Assembly: GCA_951406725.2 (NCBI GenBank)
Contig: OX597817.1
Coordinates: 24,366,001 to 24,430,000, forward strand
Length of the DNA stretch: 64,000 bases
Source: Octopus vulgaris
Taxonomy: Eukaryota
Direction: 5' to 3'
Under the pieces are notes generated by a model. That model was not told the origin of the DNA and ran no database searches. It worked only from the letters and a program-made list of their open reading frames with translations. Made by a program: the position numbers and the translations under genes. Shown piece by piece: positions 26,280 to 39,145 of the stretch. How positions within the stretch are numbered: position 1 is the stretch's first letter; the number at the start of each line of letters is the position of its first letter.

Positions 26280-27099
26280 CGTGGTTTCATCAATAAGTAT
26301 CGGGACTGTTGCCATAGTAACGAAGCTAAAGAACACTGAGTAAAGCTGCTTGAACTCTGCTGTGCATGTGCACTAAGTTTTAATGTTCTAACTCACTTCT
26401 GCTGTTTACAGCAGTGTTTGGAAGGAAGGTGTGTAGCATGAGATCATTGTATTGGACCATGACAGAGAAAGTTGAGTAGAGTATCTGCACAAAGTTTTCA
26501 AAAACTCTTCATCATTCTTGACACAAACCACTGAAACCCGAATATCTTTTTAGTCAGCTGAAAACAATTTTGGCACAAACCTGGTAAACAGGTGTCATGC
26601 ACCCAAATCTTCGATTATAATGAAATGAACTGAACCGCAACTAATCTGAACATTCTTTCATAACTCACAGATGGTGATTCAATGATTTCCCCTCACAGCT
26701 GCACGCACATCTACAATATTTTTCTCAGTTCTGCTCGTTGCGGGTCACCCAGAACATACGTCAATATCAACATTGTATTGGCCATCTTGGAAACATCAGA
26801 ACCATTCATACACTTGTGTGCAGCTCATACACTCCTCTTCATACACTTTCTGCAACTTTGTGTTGGCCTCTCAGCAGATATCCCCATGAGAGCTTTCTCT
26901 GTGATGATCAATGCGACGATCACACTCTACACACCTTCCTTCCAAGCACTGCTGTAAACAGTGGAAGTGAGCTAGAACGTTAAAACATAGAACACATGCA
27001 CAGCAGAGTTCAAGGTCAATCTCTGCCAAGCAGCTTTACTCTGCATGCTTTAGCTTTGTTACTATGGCTACAGACCAGATACATATTGATCAGACCTTG
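26280..27099 (-). mobile_element. Mariner derivative with ~200-bp inverted arms
   Basis: 26280-26490 is the reverse complement of ~26905-27099. Interior on the minus strand reads TQVYEWF..FQDG...SG.PATSRTEKNIVDV...RFVPK, a mariner HTH region. Confidence 0.85.
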
Positions 27100-27101
27100 T
27101 G

Positions 27102-27138
<37 letters not shown>

Positions 27139-27196
27139 ATCCATCCATAAATATATGTATGTGTGTGTGTATACATACATACATACATACATATTC

Positions 27197-27390
27197 GCAC
27201 CTGTGCTAGTGGCCCGTAAAATGCACTCACTACACTCACGGAGTGGTTGGCGTTAGGAAGGGCATCCAGCTGTAGAAACACTGCCAGATCAGACTGGACT
27301 CTGGTGCAGCCTCCTGGCTTCCCAGACCCCAGTCGAACCCTCCAACCCATGCTAGCATGGAAAACGGACGTTAAACGATGATGATGATAT
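27197..27390 (+). mobile_element. SINE-like family C
   Basis: gagtggttggcgttaggaagggcatccagctgtag...ggacgttaaacgatgatgatgat. Confidence 0.9.
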
Positions 27391-27774
27391 ATATACATAT
27401 ATGTACAAACATCCACCACCACCACCAGACACACTCGCACACATACTTATTTAAAATCATAATGATGTGATCAAAAAGCTTGTTTTCAAAGCAAGAATGA
27501 CTCCCTGCCACTGTATCCAGCTTTAGTTCTGATTAATTTCAACTCTAGAATTATCTTCCTGACATGTGTTAAACAGAATTAGATATTGCGGTAATGATTC
27601 TCTTTCTTTTTTTTTTTTTTTTGCTTAGTGTGTAGTTTTAATCATTTAAAATTTCTTGGTGATTTAGTGTAAATATACCAATGGCCTTCTAATCCATAAT
27701 TATTCCCCATCCCGTCCCCACACATATAGCTTTCAAGTTTTGGCACGAAGCCAACAATTTTGGGTTGGGGGAAA

Positions 27775-27947
27775 GAGCAGGTCAACTGGATCAACCTCAT
27801 GCTCAGCTGGTACCTTTTTTTATTGACCCCAAAAGGATGAAATGCAAAATTGACCGTGACAGAATTTGAATTCAGAACATAGAGACAGATGAAATGTCAC
27901 TAAGAATTTTGACCAATATGCTCACGATTCTGCCAGCTCACCACCTT
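27775..27947 (-). mobile_element. SINE family B, diverged
   Basis: ttgaccccaaaaggatgaaatgcaaaattgac...tctgccagctcaccacctt. Confidence 0.75.
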
Positions 27948-27949
27948 AC

Positions 27950-28137
27950 TCTCTCTCTCACACACACACACACACAAGCTCGCACAAACCCACACAAACT
28001 CACACACCTTCACACACCTTCACACACACACACACTCACACACACATTCACACACACTCATACACAAACATACACACACACTCACACATACAAACACACA
28101 CACACACGCACGCTCACACACATACACATGCACACAT
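27950..28137. repeat. Imperfect (CA)n microsatellite
   Basis: Directly visible. Confidence 0.95.
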
Positions 28138-28495
28138 CTTAGTTAAACAGGAATCAAAGGGAAAGTATCTAAAGGGAGGATTGTTTTGCTCTCAGTAGCA
28201 CCTGTAGCTATCTTCAGGAAATTAGATGAGAATGCAAAAAATCTTGAATTCAGAATCTATTCAAAAATCATGAATAAAGAACAAACTCTGAGGCAATCTA
28301 ACAGCATAAAAACTGTCAAGTAGTTATCAGTAAAGAAATGACGCAGAAGAAAGAAGATAGGGTAACAGAGTTAAAAAGTAAAAACAGGAAATTGATTACA
28401 AATAAAACAGATAAAGAAACAATTGAAGAAATAATCAAGGAAACACAACGAACATGAGTAAATTAGCTACTAAGGAAAATAAGTGATACATACAC

Positions 28496-28528
<33 letters not shown>

Positions 28529-28704
28529 TGTATGTGTGTGTAAGGGCAAGGAATTGCAGTTAATTATTACTAACATTGATATATGATGTAAGAAAAGCTT
28601 AATTGCCTTTTAAGTGTTTATTTGTTTTCAATTGTAAACAAAGATAATCATTAGGTTTGCCTGAATAGCTTGTTTGTTTATTTTAGACTATGTAATTATA
28701 TCTT

Positions 28705-29110
28705 TCACTGGTTCCAGGTTCACTCCCACTCATTAGCACCTTGGGCAGGTGTCTTCTAAAACAGCCTTGGGCAGACCAAACATTTTGGAGTGGGTTTGGC
28801 CGACAGAAACTGAAAGAAGCCAGTCAAGTATATGCACACAAACACACACATACTTCTATATGTCTATATATATATATGTGTGTGTGTGTGTGTCTTTGTA
28901 TCAGTTTTTGTCCACTATCATGTTTGGCACAAGGCTAGTAAGTGCGTGGTGGTGAGGAATAAGTTGATTACTGGTGCTTATTTTATCAACCCCAAAAGGA
29001 TAAAAGGCAAAGTCGACCTCAGCAGAATTTGAACTCAGAATGCAAAGACAGGCAAAATGCCACAAAGTATTTTGCTCTACACGTTAATGATTCTGTCACC
29101 TTGCCACTTT
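28705..29110. mobile_element. Partial family A SINE (+) adjoining a partial family B SINE (-)
   Basis: accttgggcaggtgtcttcta...gaaactgaaagaagcc, then aaaggcaaagtcgacctcagcagaatttgaactcagaa. Confidence 0.75.
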
Positions 29111-29229
29111 AAATCATGATATTATATATATATTGCTCACACGCAAACATTGAAGTATCAGGAAAGGTTCATGCCTCAGAGCATCAAGTAATTTTGTTCC
29201 TATTAAGAGCCTTATTGTACCAACACATC

Positions 29230-29440
29230 TAAGAATCTTTGTATGGTACAAACTTGATTCAGATCACTTTAAATTGCTTATTTCAAAGTGATCTAAATCA
29301 AAATATTGCATCAAAATTACATGCAAAATTGTTCCAAACACCAGCTTAACAATCAGTCATTTTATTAAGTTCTTTGTTATTTTAAAATTGATTGAAATAA
29401 AGACTGCATTTCAATAAGGAATGTAGCCACAAATGCTTTA
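29230..29440. mobile_element. Old relative of the 19795 MITE, with an internal hairpin
   Basis: Similar to the reverse complement of 19810-19940. Contains a 10-bp inverted repeat AGATCACTTT / AAAGTGATCT. Confidence 0.5.
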
Positions 29441-29530
29441 GTAATATAGTAATATTTTTTCCGCAGTACATTGCATGGTAAAGCATTCCTAGACTGGAGT
29501 TCCTTATAGCTTACGGAGATTGTCAATGTC

Positions 29531-29717
29531 TTTTATTCTTTTTTATGCTTTTAATTTGTTTCAGTCATTTGACTGCGGCCATGCTGGAGCACCGCCTTTA
29601 GTCGAGCAAATCGACCCCAGGACTTTGTAAGCCTAGTACTTATTATATCGGTCTCTCTTGCCGAACTGCTAAGTGATGGGGACATAAATACACTAGCGTG
29701 TTGGGGGGCAAACACAG

Positions 29718-29768
<51 letters not shown>

Positions 29769-30145
29769 CTTTATTTAAAGCAGCGGAAAATTCACCAAAA
29801 CCTGTTACTCTGAGTTTCACGTGAAACTCAGAATAACAGGGAACGTGAAACTCAGAGTAACAGTTTTGTTGAATTTTCCGCTGCTTTAAATAAAGCATAT
29901 TACTCTACTACTGGTATTTGAGTACTCTTTTCTCCACCTTGTTTCACATTTATGTGTTTACTCCGGTATATATATATATATATACGACGGGCTTCTTCCA
30001 GTTCCCGTCTGCCAAATCCACTCACAAGGCTTTGGTCGGCCCGAGGCTATAGTAGAAGACACTTGCCCAAGGTGCCACAGAGTGGGACTGAGCCCGGAAC
30101 CATGTAATTGGTAAGCAAGCTACTTACCACACAGCCACTCTTGCA
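29531..30145 (-). mobile_element. SINE family A split by an insertion in its TA tract
   Basis: 3' half at 29531-29760 and 5' half at 29970-30145. Confidence 0.9.
29769..29966. mobile_element. Palindromic insertion, probably a PLE-derived terminal fragment
   Basis: ~52-bp inverted arms at 29769-29821 and 29844-29895, inserted into (TA)n. Confidence 0.6.
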
Positions 30146-30751
30146 CTCCTGTGTGTGGATATTTTGTTAAATATTAATTTATGTTTCCACCTACTTGAGT
30201 CTCTTTTGGTTTATTTGATTTTTCTATTTAGCATAGAAAATTTAAGTGTTTGAGGGTGTTAATTGGTCGTGTGGGGGGGGGTATTGTTCTGCGTTTTGAG
30301 GAGATGAGTCTGTCACGACACTAAACGATTCTTTTAGACATCAAGTGCGAAAATTTTACTGTAAAGTATGTCTGGCACCCTCATTGTGTGTGTGTGTGCA
30401 TATGTCTGTGTGCTCATGCGTGTGTATGTATGATTGGGCATATGTACTCAAGGAATAGTACATAAAAAAAATATGGAACTTCAATGAATAAAGAGAATAA
30501 TAGAATATAAATTTAAAGCACATATGGCAGTGAGCTCAAACACTGACATTTAGCAGTAAATTTTGAGGGAAAAGATCAATAGGTTGTTCATAGATATTTA
30601 TTGAAAAGGTGTTGGAGTTCGTCTGTGTATGCATGTGTCGCTGCATTCAGGTAGAATGCCAAAGCTGTCTCTAGAATTATAGACCAGTGTTAGTTTTCAA
30701 AGGCAAATGCTGTAAAGCGAGTGACAGGTGTGTGGAGAGATGGGTGTAGAT

Positions 30752-31150
30752 TCTTTCATTCTTTTACTTGTTTCAGTCATTTGACTGCGGCCTTGCTGGA
30801 GCACCACCTTTTATAGTTGAAGAAATCGACCCCCAAGACTTATTCTTTGTAAGCCTAGTACTTGTTCTATCGGTCTCTTGTATGCTAAAACGCTAGGTTA
30901 TGAGGATGCAAACACACCAACATCGGTTGTCAAGCAATGGTGGAGGGTGGGAAGAAACACAGACACAAGGGGACACACACATACACAACAGACTTCTTTC
31001 AGCTTCAGTCTATAAAATCCACTCATAAGGCTTTGGTCGGCCTGAGGCTCTAGTAGAAGACACTTGCCCAAGGCACCATGCAGTAGGACTGAACCTGGAA
31101 CCATGTGGTTGGGAAGCAAGCTTCTTACCACACAGCCACATCTGCACCTA
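30752..31150 (-). mobile_element. SINE family A
   Basis: Full body in reverse orientation. Confidence 0.9.
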
Positions 31151-31335
31151 TACATGTATATGTGTGAAAAATGTTTTATTATACTTGATGTAGTTATTTC
31201 TTATGGATATTTAATTAATGGATATAGTTGAAGTTAATTAACTTTGGTTTGTTGTAAAGTTTACAACTGGGTTATGGATCTTAATGATGATAATGAATGG
31301 ATGGTATATGATACCTGAAGGAAGGGCTAAGATAT

Positions 31336-31670
31336 GCTGTGACACTCATTGGTCATGACTGACCATGTAATTGCACCCAGAAAGTTGCCCTTCCAGGCAC
31401 AAGTCCGGGCAAAGTTGTTTATGGAAGACCAGCAGTCGCCATGCATACCAGCTTGTCCTCTTCACACCACCGATGTTATCCGAGGGAAAGGCAAAGGCTG
31501 ACACAGCTTGGCACCTGTGACGTTGCAACTCATTTCTACAACTGAGTGAACTGGAGCAGTGTGAAATAAAGTGTCTTGCTCAAGAATGCAATACGCAGCC
31601 CGGTCCGGGATTCGAACTCACAACCTCACGATCGTAAGCTTGATGCTCTAACCACTGAGCCATGCACCTT
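31336..31670 (-). mobile_element. tRNA-derived SINE family E (V-domain-like centre)
   Basis: 14-bp TSD AAGGGCTAAGATAT at 31322-31335 and 31671-31684. A box TGGCTCAGTGG and B box GAGTTCGAATCC, followed by CTTGAGCAAGACACTT. Confidence 0.9.
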
Positions 31671-31814
31671 AAGGGCTAAGATATATGTGATAATGTAATG
31701 GAGGGGATATTTTGAAAATGTATGGATACTTGATTACGTGTATATGGTAGGGTTTGTTTGTTACTGTGGTTTTGTGCTTTTGTGAGATATTATGCATGCA
31801 AGTTAGTGTATATA

Positions 31815-32070
31815 GATTTGAACAAATAGATGGACAAACACGGGTACTTCTACAAGTGTAAATGTGACCGTGTGTGTATCGTTGGCCATTTTCTTTCTCT
31901 ATTTTCCCTTTCTTGAACCTTTCCTTTTTCTATGTTTCTGACAAAGAGCTCCGCTCGAAACATTAAATCCTCCTTCTTTCTTTCCTTTCCTGATCGTCCA
32001 ATAACACCATACTTGTTCCACGTCCTCGCATTGATGTGTTTTCTCTTTGTTCATGTTTGGATTAACTACA
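31815..32070 (+). mobile_element. PLE-derived terminal fragment with a degenerate hammerhead motif
   Basis: gtttCTGACAAagagctccgctcGAAAcattaaat at 31934-31968; flanks resemble 63180-63350. Confidence 0.55.
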
Positions 32071-32092
32071 TTTTAGAATACATACAGTCACA

Positions 32093-32494
32093 CAGGCGCA
32101 GGAGTGGCTGTGTGGTAAGTAGCTTGCTAACCAACCACATGGTTGCGGGTTCAGTCCCACTGCATGGCATCTTGGGCAAGTGTCTTCTGCTATAGCCTCG
32201 GGCCGACCAATGCCTTGTGAGTGGATTTGGTAGACGGAAACTGAAAGAAGCCGGTCGTATATATATATATATATATGTGTGTGTGTATATGTTTGTGTGT
32301 CTGTGTTTGTCCTCCTAGTATTGCTTGACAACCGATGCTGGTGTGTTTACGTCCCCGTCACTTAGCGGTTTGGCAAAAGAGACCGATAGAATAAGTACTA
32401 GGCTTACAAAGAATAAGTCCCGGGGTCGATTTGCTCAGCTAAAGGCAGTGCTCCAGCATGGCCACAGTCAAATGACTGAAACAAGTAAAAGAGT
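32093..32494 (+). mobile_element. SINE family A, full length (reference copy)
   Basis: Head GGCGCAGGAGTGGCTGTGTGGT (A box) and GGTTCAGTCCC (B box), central TA/TG tract, tail aaacaagtaaaagag. Confidence 0.93.
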
Positions 32495-32854
32495 ATACAT
32501 TCTTTTTGTATGCGTTCGTATACCGGAGGTATTTTCTTAGTTCACTTTGAATTTAACTAATTTTGTATCTCCTTGAAAGCATTGTGTTAATATGTATGTT
32601 CAGATATATTAATCTGAATGATATTTTCTGAATCTGAGTATGTCGATACAACAGAAATGATTGTTGGTTTTCTCTGGTGAATTCAACAATTAAAGATGTC
32701 ATTTTTTCTATTTGCATTTTTTCCTTCTATTACTCTGAATTTCTAGAAATTCTTCCGAATGATATTTGGCTCTACTTGTCATACATAAAAATTACTTTGA
32801 ATGTGTATTCTATGGGTATTTATCACATTTATTTAAAACTGAGTGCTTTATTGG

Positions 32855-33405
32855 TATCACCATCATCATCGTTTAATGTCCACTTTCCATGCTAGCATGG
32901 GTTGGATGATTTGACTGAGGGCTGGCGAACCAGATGGCTGCCCCAGGCTCCAATCTTGATTTGGCAGAGTTTCTACAGCTGGATGCCCTTCCTAACGCCA
33001 ACCACTCCGAAAGTGTAGTGGGTGCTTTTACGTGTCACCAGCATGGGGGGCCAGTCAGGCAGTACTGGCTATGACCTCGCTCGAATTTTTTTACACGTAC
33101 AACCAGCACAAGTGCCAGTAAGGCAATGCTGGTAACAATCACACTCAAATGGTGCCTTTTACATGCCACCTGCACAGAAGCAGTTAGCCGCTCTGGCAAC
33201 GATCATGCTAGGATGGTGCTCTTAGAACCATACTAGCACAGGGCACAAGTGCCAGTAAGGCGATGCTGGTAACGATCACACTCGAATAGTGCCCTTTATG
33301 TGCCACTGGCACGGAAGCTGGTTAGTCGCTCTGTCAACAATCATACTCGTATGGTGCTCTTTGCACCCCGCTAGCACAGATGCCAGTCATCGAATTTGAT
33401 TTTTA
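32855..33405 (-). mobile_element. SINE-like family C with ~6 subrepeats
   Basis: Family core and repeated ggtgc..tt.acgtgccac units. Confidence 0.88.
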
Positions 33406-34814
33406 CTCACTTTTTCTTCTAATGTGTGTGTGTGTAGATATGTGTGTACATACACACATGTGTAGCTGTGTGGTTAAATCATTTGCTTCATAACCACATG
33501 ATTTACGGTTCACTTTTATTGTGTGACACGCTAGACAAATGCCTTATACTATACTCCAAAGCCCACCAAAAGTCTGTGAGTGATGTTTCATAGTTTAAAC
33601 AGATTTTTAACTCTTTATAGATAACCAGACACAAATGGTGTGGAGAGTGCTTAAGAACATGTGACACCAACAGGGACCATTGTCAAATGATTGCCTAATT
33701 GAATTCCCTTCTAAATTTAACCACCTTTCTTTTTAATGTGGTTCAGAACCCACACCTGTCTACAAACAAGAATCTTTGTGCCAACTTGAGGTAATTGTTG
33801 AGAAGATGTTACTAGAACGCTGCTCATCTTCTGTTAGTCAAAAAGCATTGCTTGTGTGTTACCATAATCTGTTTGTGAATTTTTACTTGCAACTCACTCT
33901 GTGACAAAAATTTCAGATTTTTTTTTTGCTTAGATATGCAATTCTCTTCAAATTTCATATCAAACTTTCTGCTGTATTGTATAATATAACTGTCTTACAA
34001 TACTTTTAAAATAGGAAATCAAACATGTGTCTGTATTGTGTGATATATTTCTTTTCAGAATCACATCAAATGCAGTTTTTTTTTAACGTTTTTTTTCTCC
34101 CACATAAAAATTTCTAATATTCACTTTTAGTACATTCTGTCATACACAATATTTCTGGCTGAAATGTATGTATTATGTTTACCATTAAAATATTCCGAAC
34201 TGAAGTTTGCATAAACTTAGTTCCATACCAACTATTTTTACTTATTGAATTAAACTGGTATTGTGCTAGAAAGATCCATCTTATTGTTACTGTATCGTTA
34301 TGTAATTTGATTTATTTAGCCGACAATTTTTATAAAGATTACTATGGAACTTGCATGCTTCATATATAATTAAGCTTGTGCTGTCAATCACCATTTTATT
34401 ATTTTATTCTCATCTTGAACCCAAAATATTGTTCCTCTTTGCTTAATTCAGTTGTAGCAGGTACAGCTACTTATCTAATTACTCTTCACAATTACTGTAA
34501 ATTAGATGTTGATAAAATTTAATATCAGAAAAGTAAGTATTTTTTACTATTTTGATAGTAAGTAACTGAATGTACTTTCTTATGGGATTGTTGGAGAAAT
34601 TTTTTGCAAGGAATCAGTAATACCATTAATCTAACCCATACAAGCAAGGAAAATCGATGAAACAAACTGAACGTTTGTAATCAACTATGTGTTCAAAGAA
34701 AACCTCGTAAGTGCCATTCTATGGAAAGTTTTGGCCCCTAAACATCTAAGTAAAGCTAAATTTGCTATGACAGTAGAGATACATATCTTTTTGTTATTTA
34801 GAAAGGTGAGGTGT

Positions 34815-35070
34815 AATTGTTGTTGTTATCACCAGCAGCAGAGTTGGCAGCAGAAGCAGCCATCCAAGAATTCGGACCTGGAGATCTCCATTTCCAGCTA
34901 CTTCGAGGGCCACCTCCCAGTGGTGTCGGGTATCAACGAAGAGCCCTCAACTACAACAAGACAACCAAAGTTTTTTTTTGTTTTTTTTTCCAAGGTCTGG
35001 GGTCTCCCGCCCCTAAGCCCTAGACCATCACCTAATCACCCTTACCCGACTTGTTGCTTAACTACAACAG
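34815..35070 (-). mobile_element. LTR-like fragment related to the LTR at 23644-23823
   Basis: ccatccaagaattcggacctggagatctccatttccagctacttcgagggccacctcccagt matches 23660-23722. No TSD identified. Confidence 0.55.
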
Positions 35071-35321
35071 CAGCAGCAGCTCACATCGGTTGTATGGGCC
35101 TTGTCAAAAATACAGCTTTTCATGACTTGTGATCTTTCATCAGATTAAACCTACTGAAAAGCTTTCAAAATTTCTTCTCATGTCTTCCTTTCTTTTTCTA
35201 TTCTGTAATTTCCTTTCACTTGGATTACTCAACCCTTCTTTACCCGACTATATCTGTTCTCTCTTTTATCCAGTTTCTCTTTCAGCTTGTTTTCTCATAC
35301 ACAGGCACATTGACATTATAT

Positions 35322-35678
35322 ACTCTTTTACTTGTTTCAGTCATTTGACTGCGGCCATGCTGGAGCACCGCCTTTCATCGAGCAAATCGACTCCGGGACT
35401 TATTCTTTGTAAGCCCAGTACTTATTCTATCGGTCTCTTTTGCCGAACTGCTAAGTGACGGGGACGTAAACACACCAGCATCGGTTGTCAAGCAATGCTA
35501 GGGGGACAAACACAGACACACATACACACACACACATATATACGACGGGCTTCTTTCAGTTTCCGTCTACCAAATCCACTCACAAGGCATTGGTCGGCCC
35601 GGGGCTATAGCAGAAGACACGCAGTGGGACTGAACCCGGAACCATGTGTTCGGTTAGCAAGCTACTTACCACACAGCC
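35322..35678 (-). mobile_element. SINE family A
   Basis: Family body with a small deletion in the head. Confidence 0.92.
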
Positions 35679-36014
35679 GTCTAGAAAAAACATGTATACT
35701 TCATTTCTTCATACAATTCTGCATTAAAAATCCATGTTTTTCTATCATGCAACATCATATTTTGTACATTTGCTTTCACACAATCATTTACCCTTCACAG
35801 AGTCGAACAATTTCTTTCATGAAATTAGTGAAAGATCTGTAAAGTGGGTGCAATGAGACAGCCAAATGCGTCTACACTGCAGCTTCATTTCTTTAGTAAT
35901 ATGTGATTTCTTCATTATTTACATTATTTACATTTGACGGATATTTGTCCTCATCTTATATGTTACTGAGCTTGATCATTTCATTGTGAAGGATATCACA
36001 ATCGCTATTTATAT

Positions 36015-36195
36015 TCATTGCTAGCATTCCTGGACATATTAATAATACGCACCAAGTATGGTGTCAGGACATCTGTATACTGCAAGCCGACCTTCACTGG
36101 ACGATACCTCAACTACAACTCCCATCATCCATACAGTATAAAGAGAGGGATTGCTCAGTGCCTAAAACATCGAGCAATGAATATAAGTAGTGACA
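36015..36195 (+). mobile_element. Penelope-like RT C-terminal (thumb) fragment
   Basis: LAFLDILI...TSVYCKPTFTGRYLNYNSHHPYSIKRGIAQCLKHRA matches the typical PLE motif FLD..VYRKPT.TGRYL..SHHP..K. Confidence 0.88.
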
Positions 36196-36449
36196 ATTAC
36201 TTTTAGTGCATCATCTTCATATCTATCATCATTTTGACATCTATTTTCCAAACTTGCATGGGTCATGAGGAATTTGTTGAGGCACATTTTCTACACCTGG
36301 ATGCCCTTTTTGTCTCCAACTCTCACGTATTTCCAAGCAAGGTAACGTTTTCCCAATGTAGGGCATATTTTCATAGAAGATTGGAAACAAATGACATTGA
36401 TAATATTATGGTGATGCTCACAATGTCAAGACACTTACCAATCCCCCCC

Positions 36450-36655
36450 ACACACACACACATACGCACATTTATCCATTCATCCATCCATCCATCCATC
36501 CATCCATCCATCCATCCATCAATTCATCCATCCATCCATCCATCCATCTATCTATCTACCTTTACATATATACATGCACACATACATACACACACATGCT
36601 CACATGCATGCATGCATGCATGCATGCATACATACATACATTCATTCATTCATAA
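36450..36655. repeat. Compound CA / CATC / CATG / CATA microsatellite
   Basis: Directly visible. Confidence 0.9.
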
Positions 36656-37170
36656 ACCATGGAATTCTTTGGTCTCCACTCTCCAGCTCCTCTCAGAAAT
36701 CTTTGGTCATCTTTGAGATTGAACTAGAAGCCATGTGTTTGGGAAGCAAAGTTTTTAATCACACAGATATTCTTACACTATATATAAGTGAAGCAATTAG
36801 TGATAATTCAATGACATATTAAAACTTATACAATATTAATTTCTTCTTGCCATAGGAAATAAAATGGTTTACATTATAAGAAATGCTTTATTAAGATCAC
36901 CAAACAAAACTAACAACCATCAAATTACTCTTGTTTTATAACAAAAAAACAGTGTATATATGTAAAAAAAACATTTAAAAATATTCATGTATTTGAAACT
37001 ATAATTATATGAAACAGATAATTACTCCTAACAGCAAAGAATACCTGTGGACTATTTTCATCAACTCACACCAGGGCAGAAAATGGACATAAAATGATGA
37101 GGGTGGTGGTGGTAGTGTGTGGTGATGGTGATGCTAACAACCAAATTTAAATAATTAGAAACAGCTATCT

Positions 37171-37608
37171 TCTCTTTTATCTCTCTTTTCTCTTTTACTT
37201 GTTTCAGTCAGTTGACTGCGGCCATACTGGAGCACCGCCTTTAGTCGAGCAAATCGACCCCGGGACTTATTCTTTGTAAGCCCAGTACTTATTCTATCGG
37301 TCTATTTTGCCGAACCGCTAAGTGACGGGGACATAAACACACCAGCATCGGTTGTCAAGCAATGCTAGGGGGACAAACACAGACACACAAACATACAAGC
37401 ACACATATATATATATATATATATATACATATATACATATATACGACGGGCTTCTTTCAGTTTCCGTCTACCAAATCCACTCACAAGGCTTTGGTCGCCC
37501 CGAGGCTATAGTAGAAGACGCTTGCCCAAGGTGCCACACAGTGGGACTGAACCCGGAACCATGTGGTTAGTAAGCAAGCTACTTACCACACAGCCACTCC
37601 TGCGCCTA
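37171..37608 (-). mobile_element. SINE family A, full length
   Basis: Reverse-complement match to 32093-32494. Confidence 0.93.
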
Positions 37609-38663
37609 TGTGGTTTAAATAAAACAAAAGTGAGTGTCTACTATGGCAGATATTTTCCCATCAGTACTCAATTAAAATTCAAAGTGAACAATGACATCAT
37701 TTTAGAGTCATGAGAGCATTCAAACTACACATATAGTTATATTCAGTTTTGTTTAATTTGCAATAGTATTATATATATATTTAAACATCAAAGTCTTTCA
37801 ACATACATTTGCAAATTAATTACTAGAGCATCAATATCAAACCATAGTGGTATGACGAAAGACATTAATACTTAATAATGTTTAATAGTATGACAAAGTA
37901 AAACAAAAGCAAATATAATGGTCTATGTATGATATAGCAACGTTGATGCAGTTGCTTTAGTTTCATTACATGAGGACAAATAGAATTGTTTGCCAAACAC
38001 ATATAACTTCAAAATGAACGAGAAACTGTACCAAAAGTTTATGAAAATATTCTCTTCTGTATTGTCAAACTGGATGTGTGGTGAGGTGTGTGCTTCTTCA
38101 TCACCTGGTTTCAAATTCAGTTCCACAGTATGGTGCCTTAGGGGAGCATCTTCTATATAAGCCTGGGCGGGTTGAAACCTTGTGAGGGTATTTGATGAAA
38201 AAGGAAACACACGTACCCTCTCTCTCTTTCGGAGAGGCACAGAGCAGCCATACACACACATACACACACGGCAGTAACTTCCACCTACCGAATTCAATCA
38301 CAAAGCTTCGGTCGACTCGGGGCTATAGCGGAAGACACCTATCCAAAGTGTCACGCAGTGGGACTGAACCCGAAACCATGTAGTTAGGAAGCGAGCTCCC
38401 TAACCACACATCCATGTATATGCATATGTGTGTTTGTAAGCTAGCATCACTGTTATTTAAGTGATGTCTCTTGTTGCCAGTCTTTTGTGAAAACATGTCA
38501 AGAGGAAATAATATGATACTTGGAAACGGGCGTGGCTTGATACAGGAAGAACACTCTGCTACTGAAAATCTGTCTGCCTCATTGAAATCCATCTGGCCTA
38601 TGCAAGCATGGAAAAGGAGACATTAAAGCAATGATAACACCAATCTGAAGAAAGTGAGCTCCT

Positions 38664-38900
38664 AGGCGTAGGAGTGGCTATGTGGTAAGTAGTTTGCTTA
38701 TGAACCACATGGTTTGGGGTTCAGTCCCACTGCATGACACCTTGGGCAAGTGTCTTCTACTATTGCCTCGGGCCAACCAAAGCCTTGTGAGTCGATTTGG
38801 TAGACAGAAACTGAAAGAAGCCCGTCGTGTATATGTATATATATATATATATGTATATCATCATCATCATCATCATCATACGTCCATTCTCCATGCTAGC

Positions 38901-38931
<31 letters not shown>

Positions 38932-39145
38932 CATGTGTGTGTGTTTGTGTCTGTCCCCCACAACATCACTTGACAACCAATGCTGGTGTGTTTACATCCC
39001 CATAACTTAGCAGTTCGGCAAAAGAGACCGATAGAATAAGTACTAGGCTTACAAACGAATAAGCCCTGGGGTCGATTTGCTCGACTAAAGGCGGTGCTCC
39101 AGCATGGCCACAGTCACATGGCTGAAACAAGTAAATAAGTAAAGC
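38664..39145 (+). mobile_element. SINE family A carrying a short family C 3' fragment in its TA tract
   Basis: Family A body with (ATC)n-acgtccattctccatgctagc at ~38857-38900. Confidence 0.9.

Noticed and set aside
31590-31670. tRNA gene (also the head at 20495-20564)
   Set aside because: A and B boxes are present, but each head is part of a ~340-360 bp unit bounded by a 14-bp TSD, so these are SINE heads.
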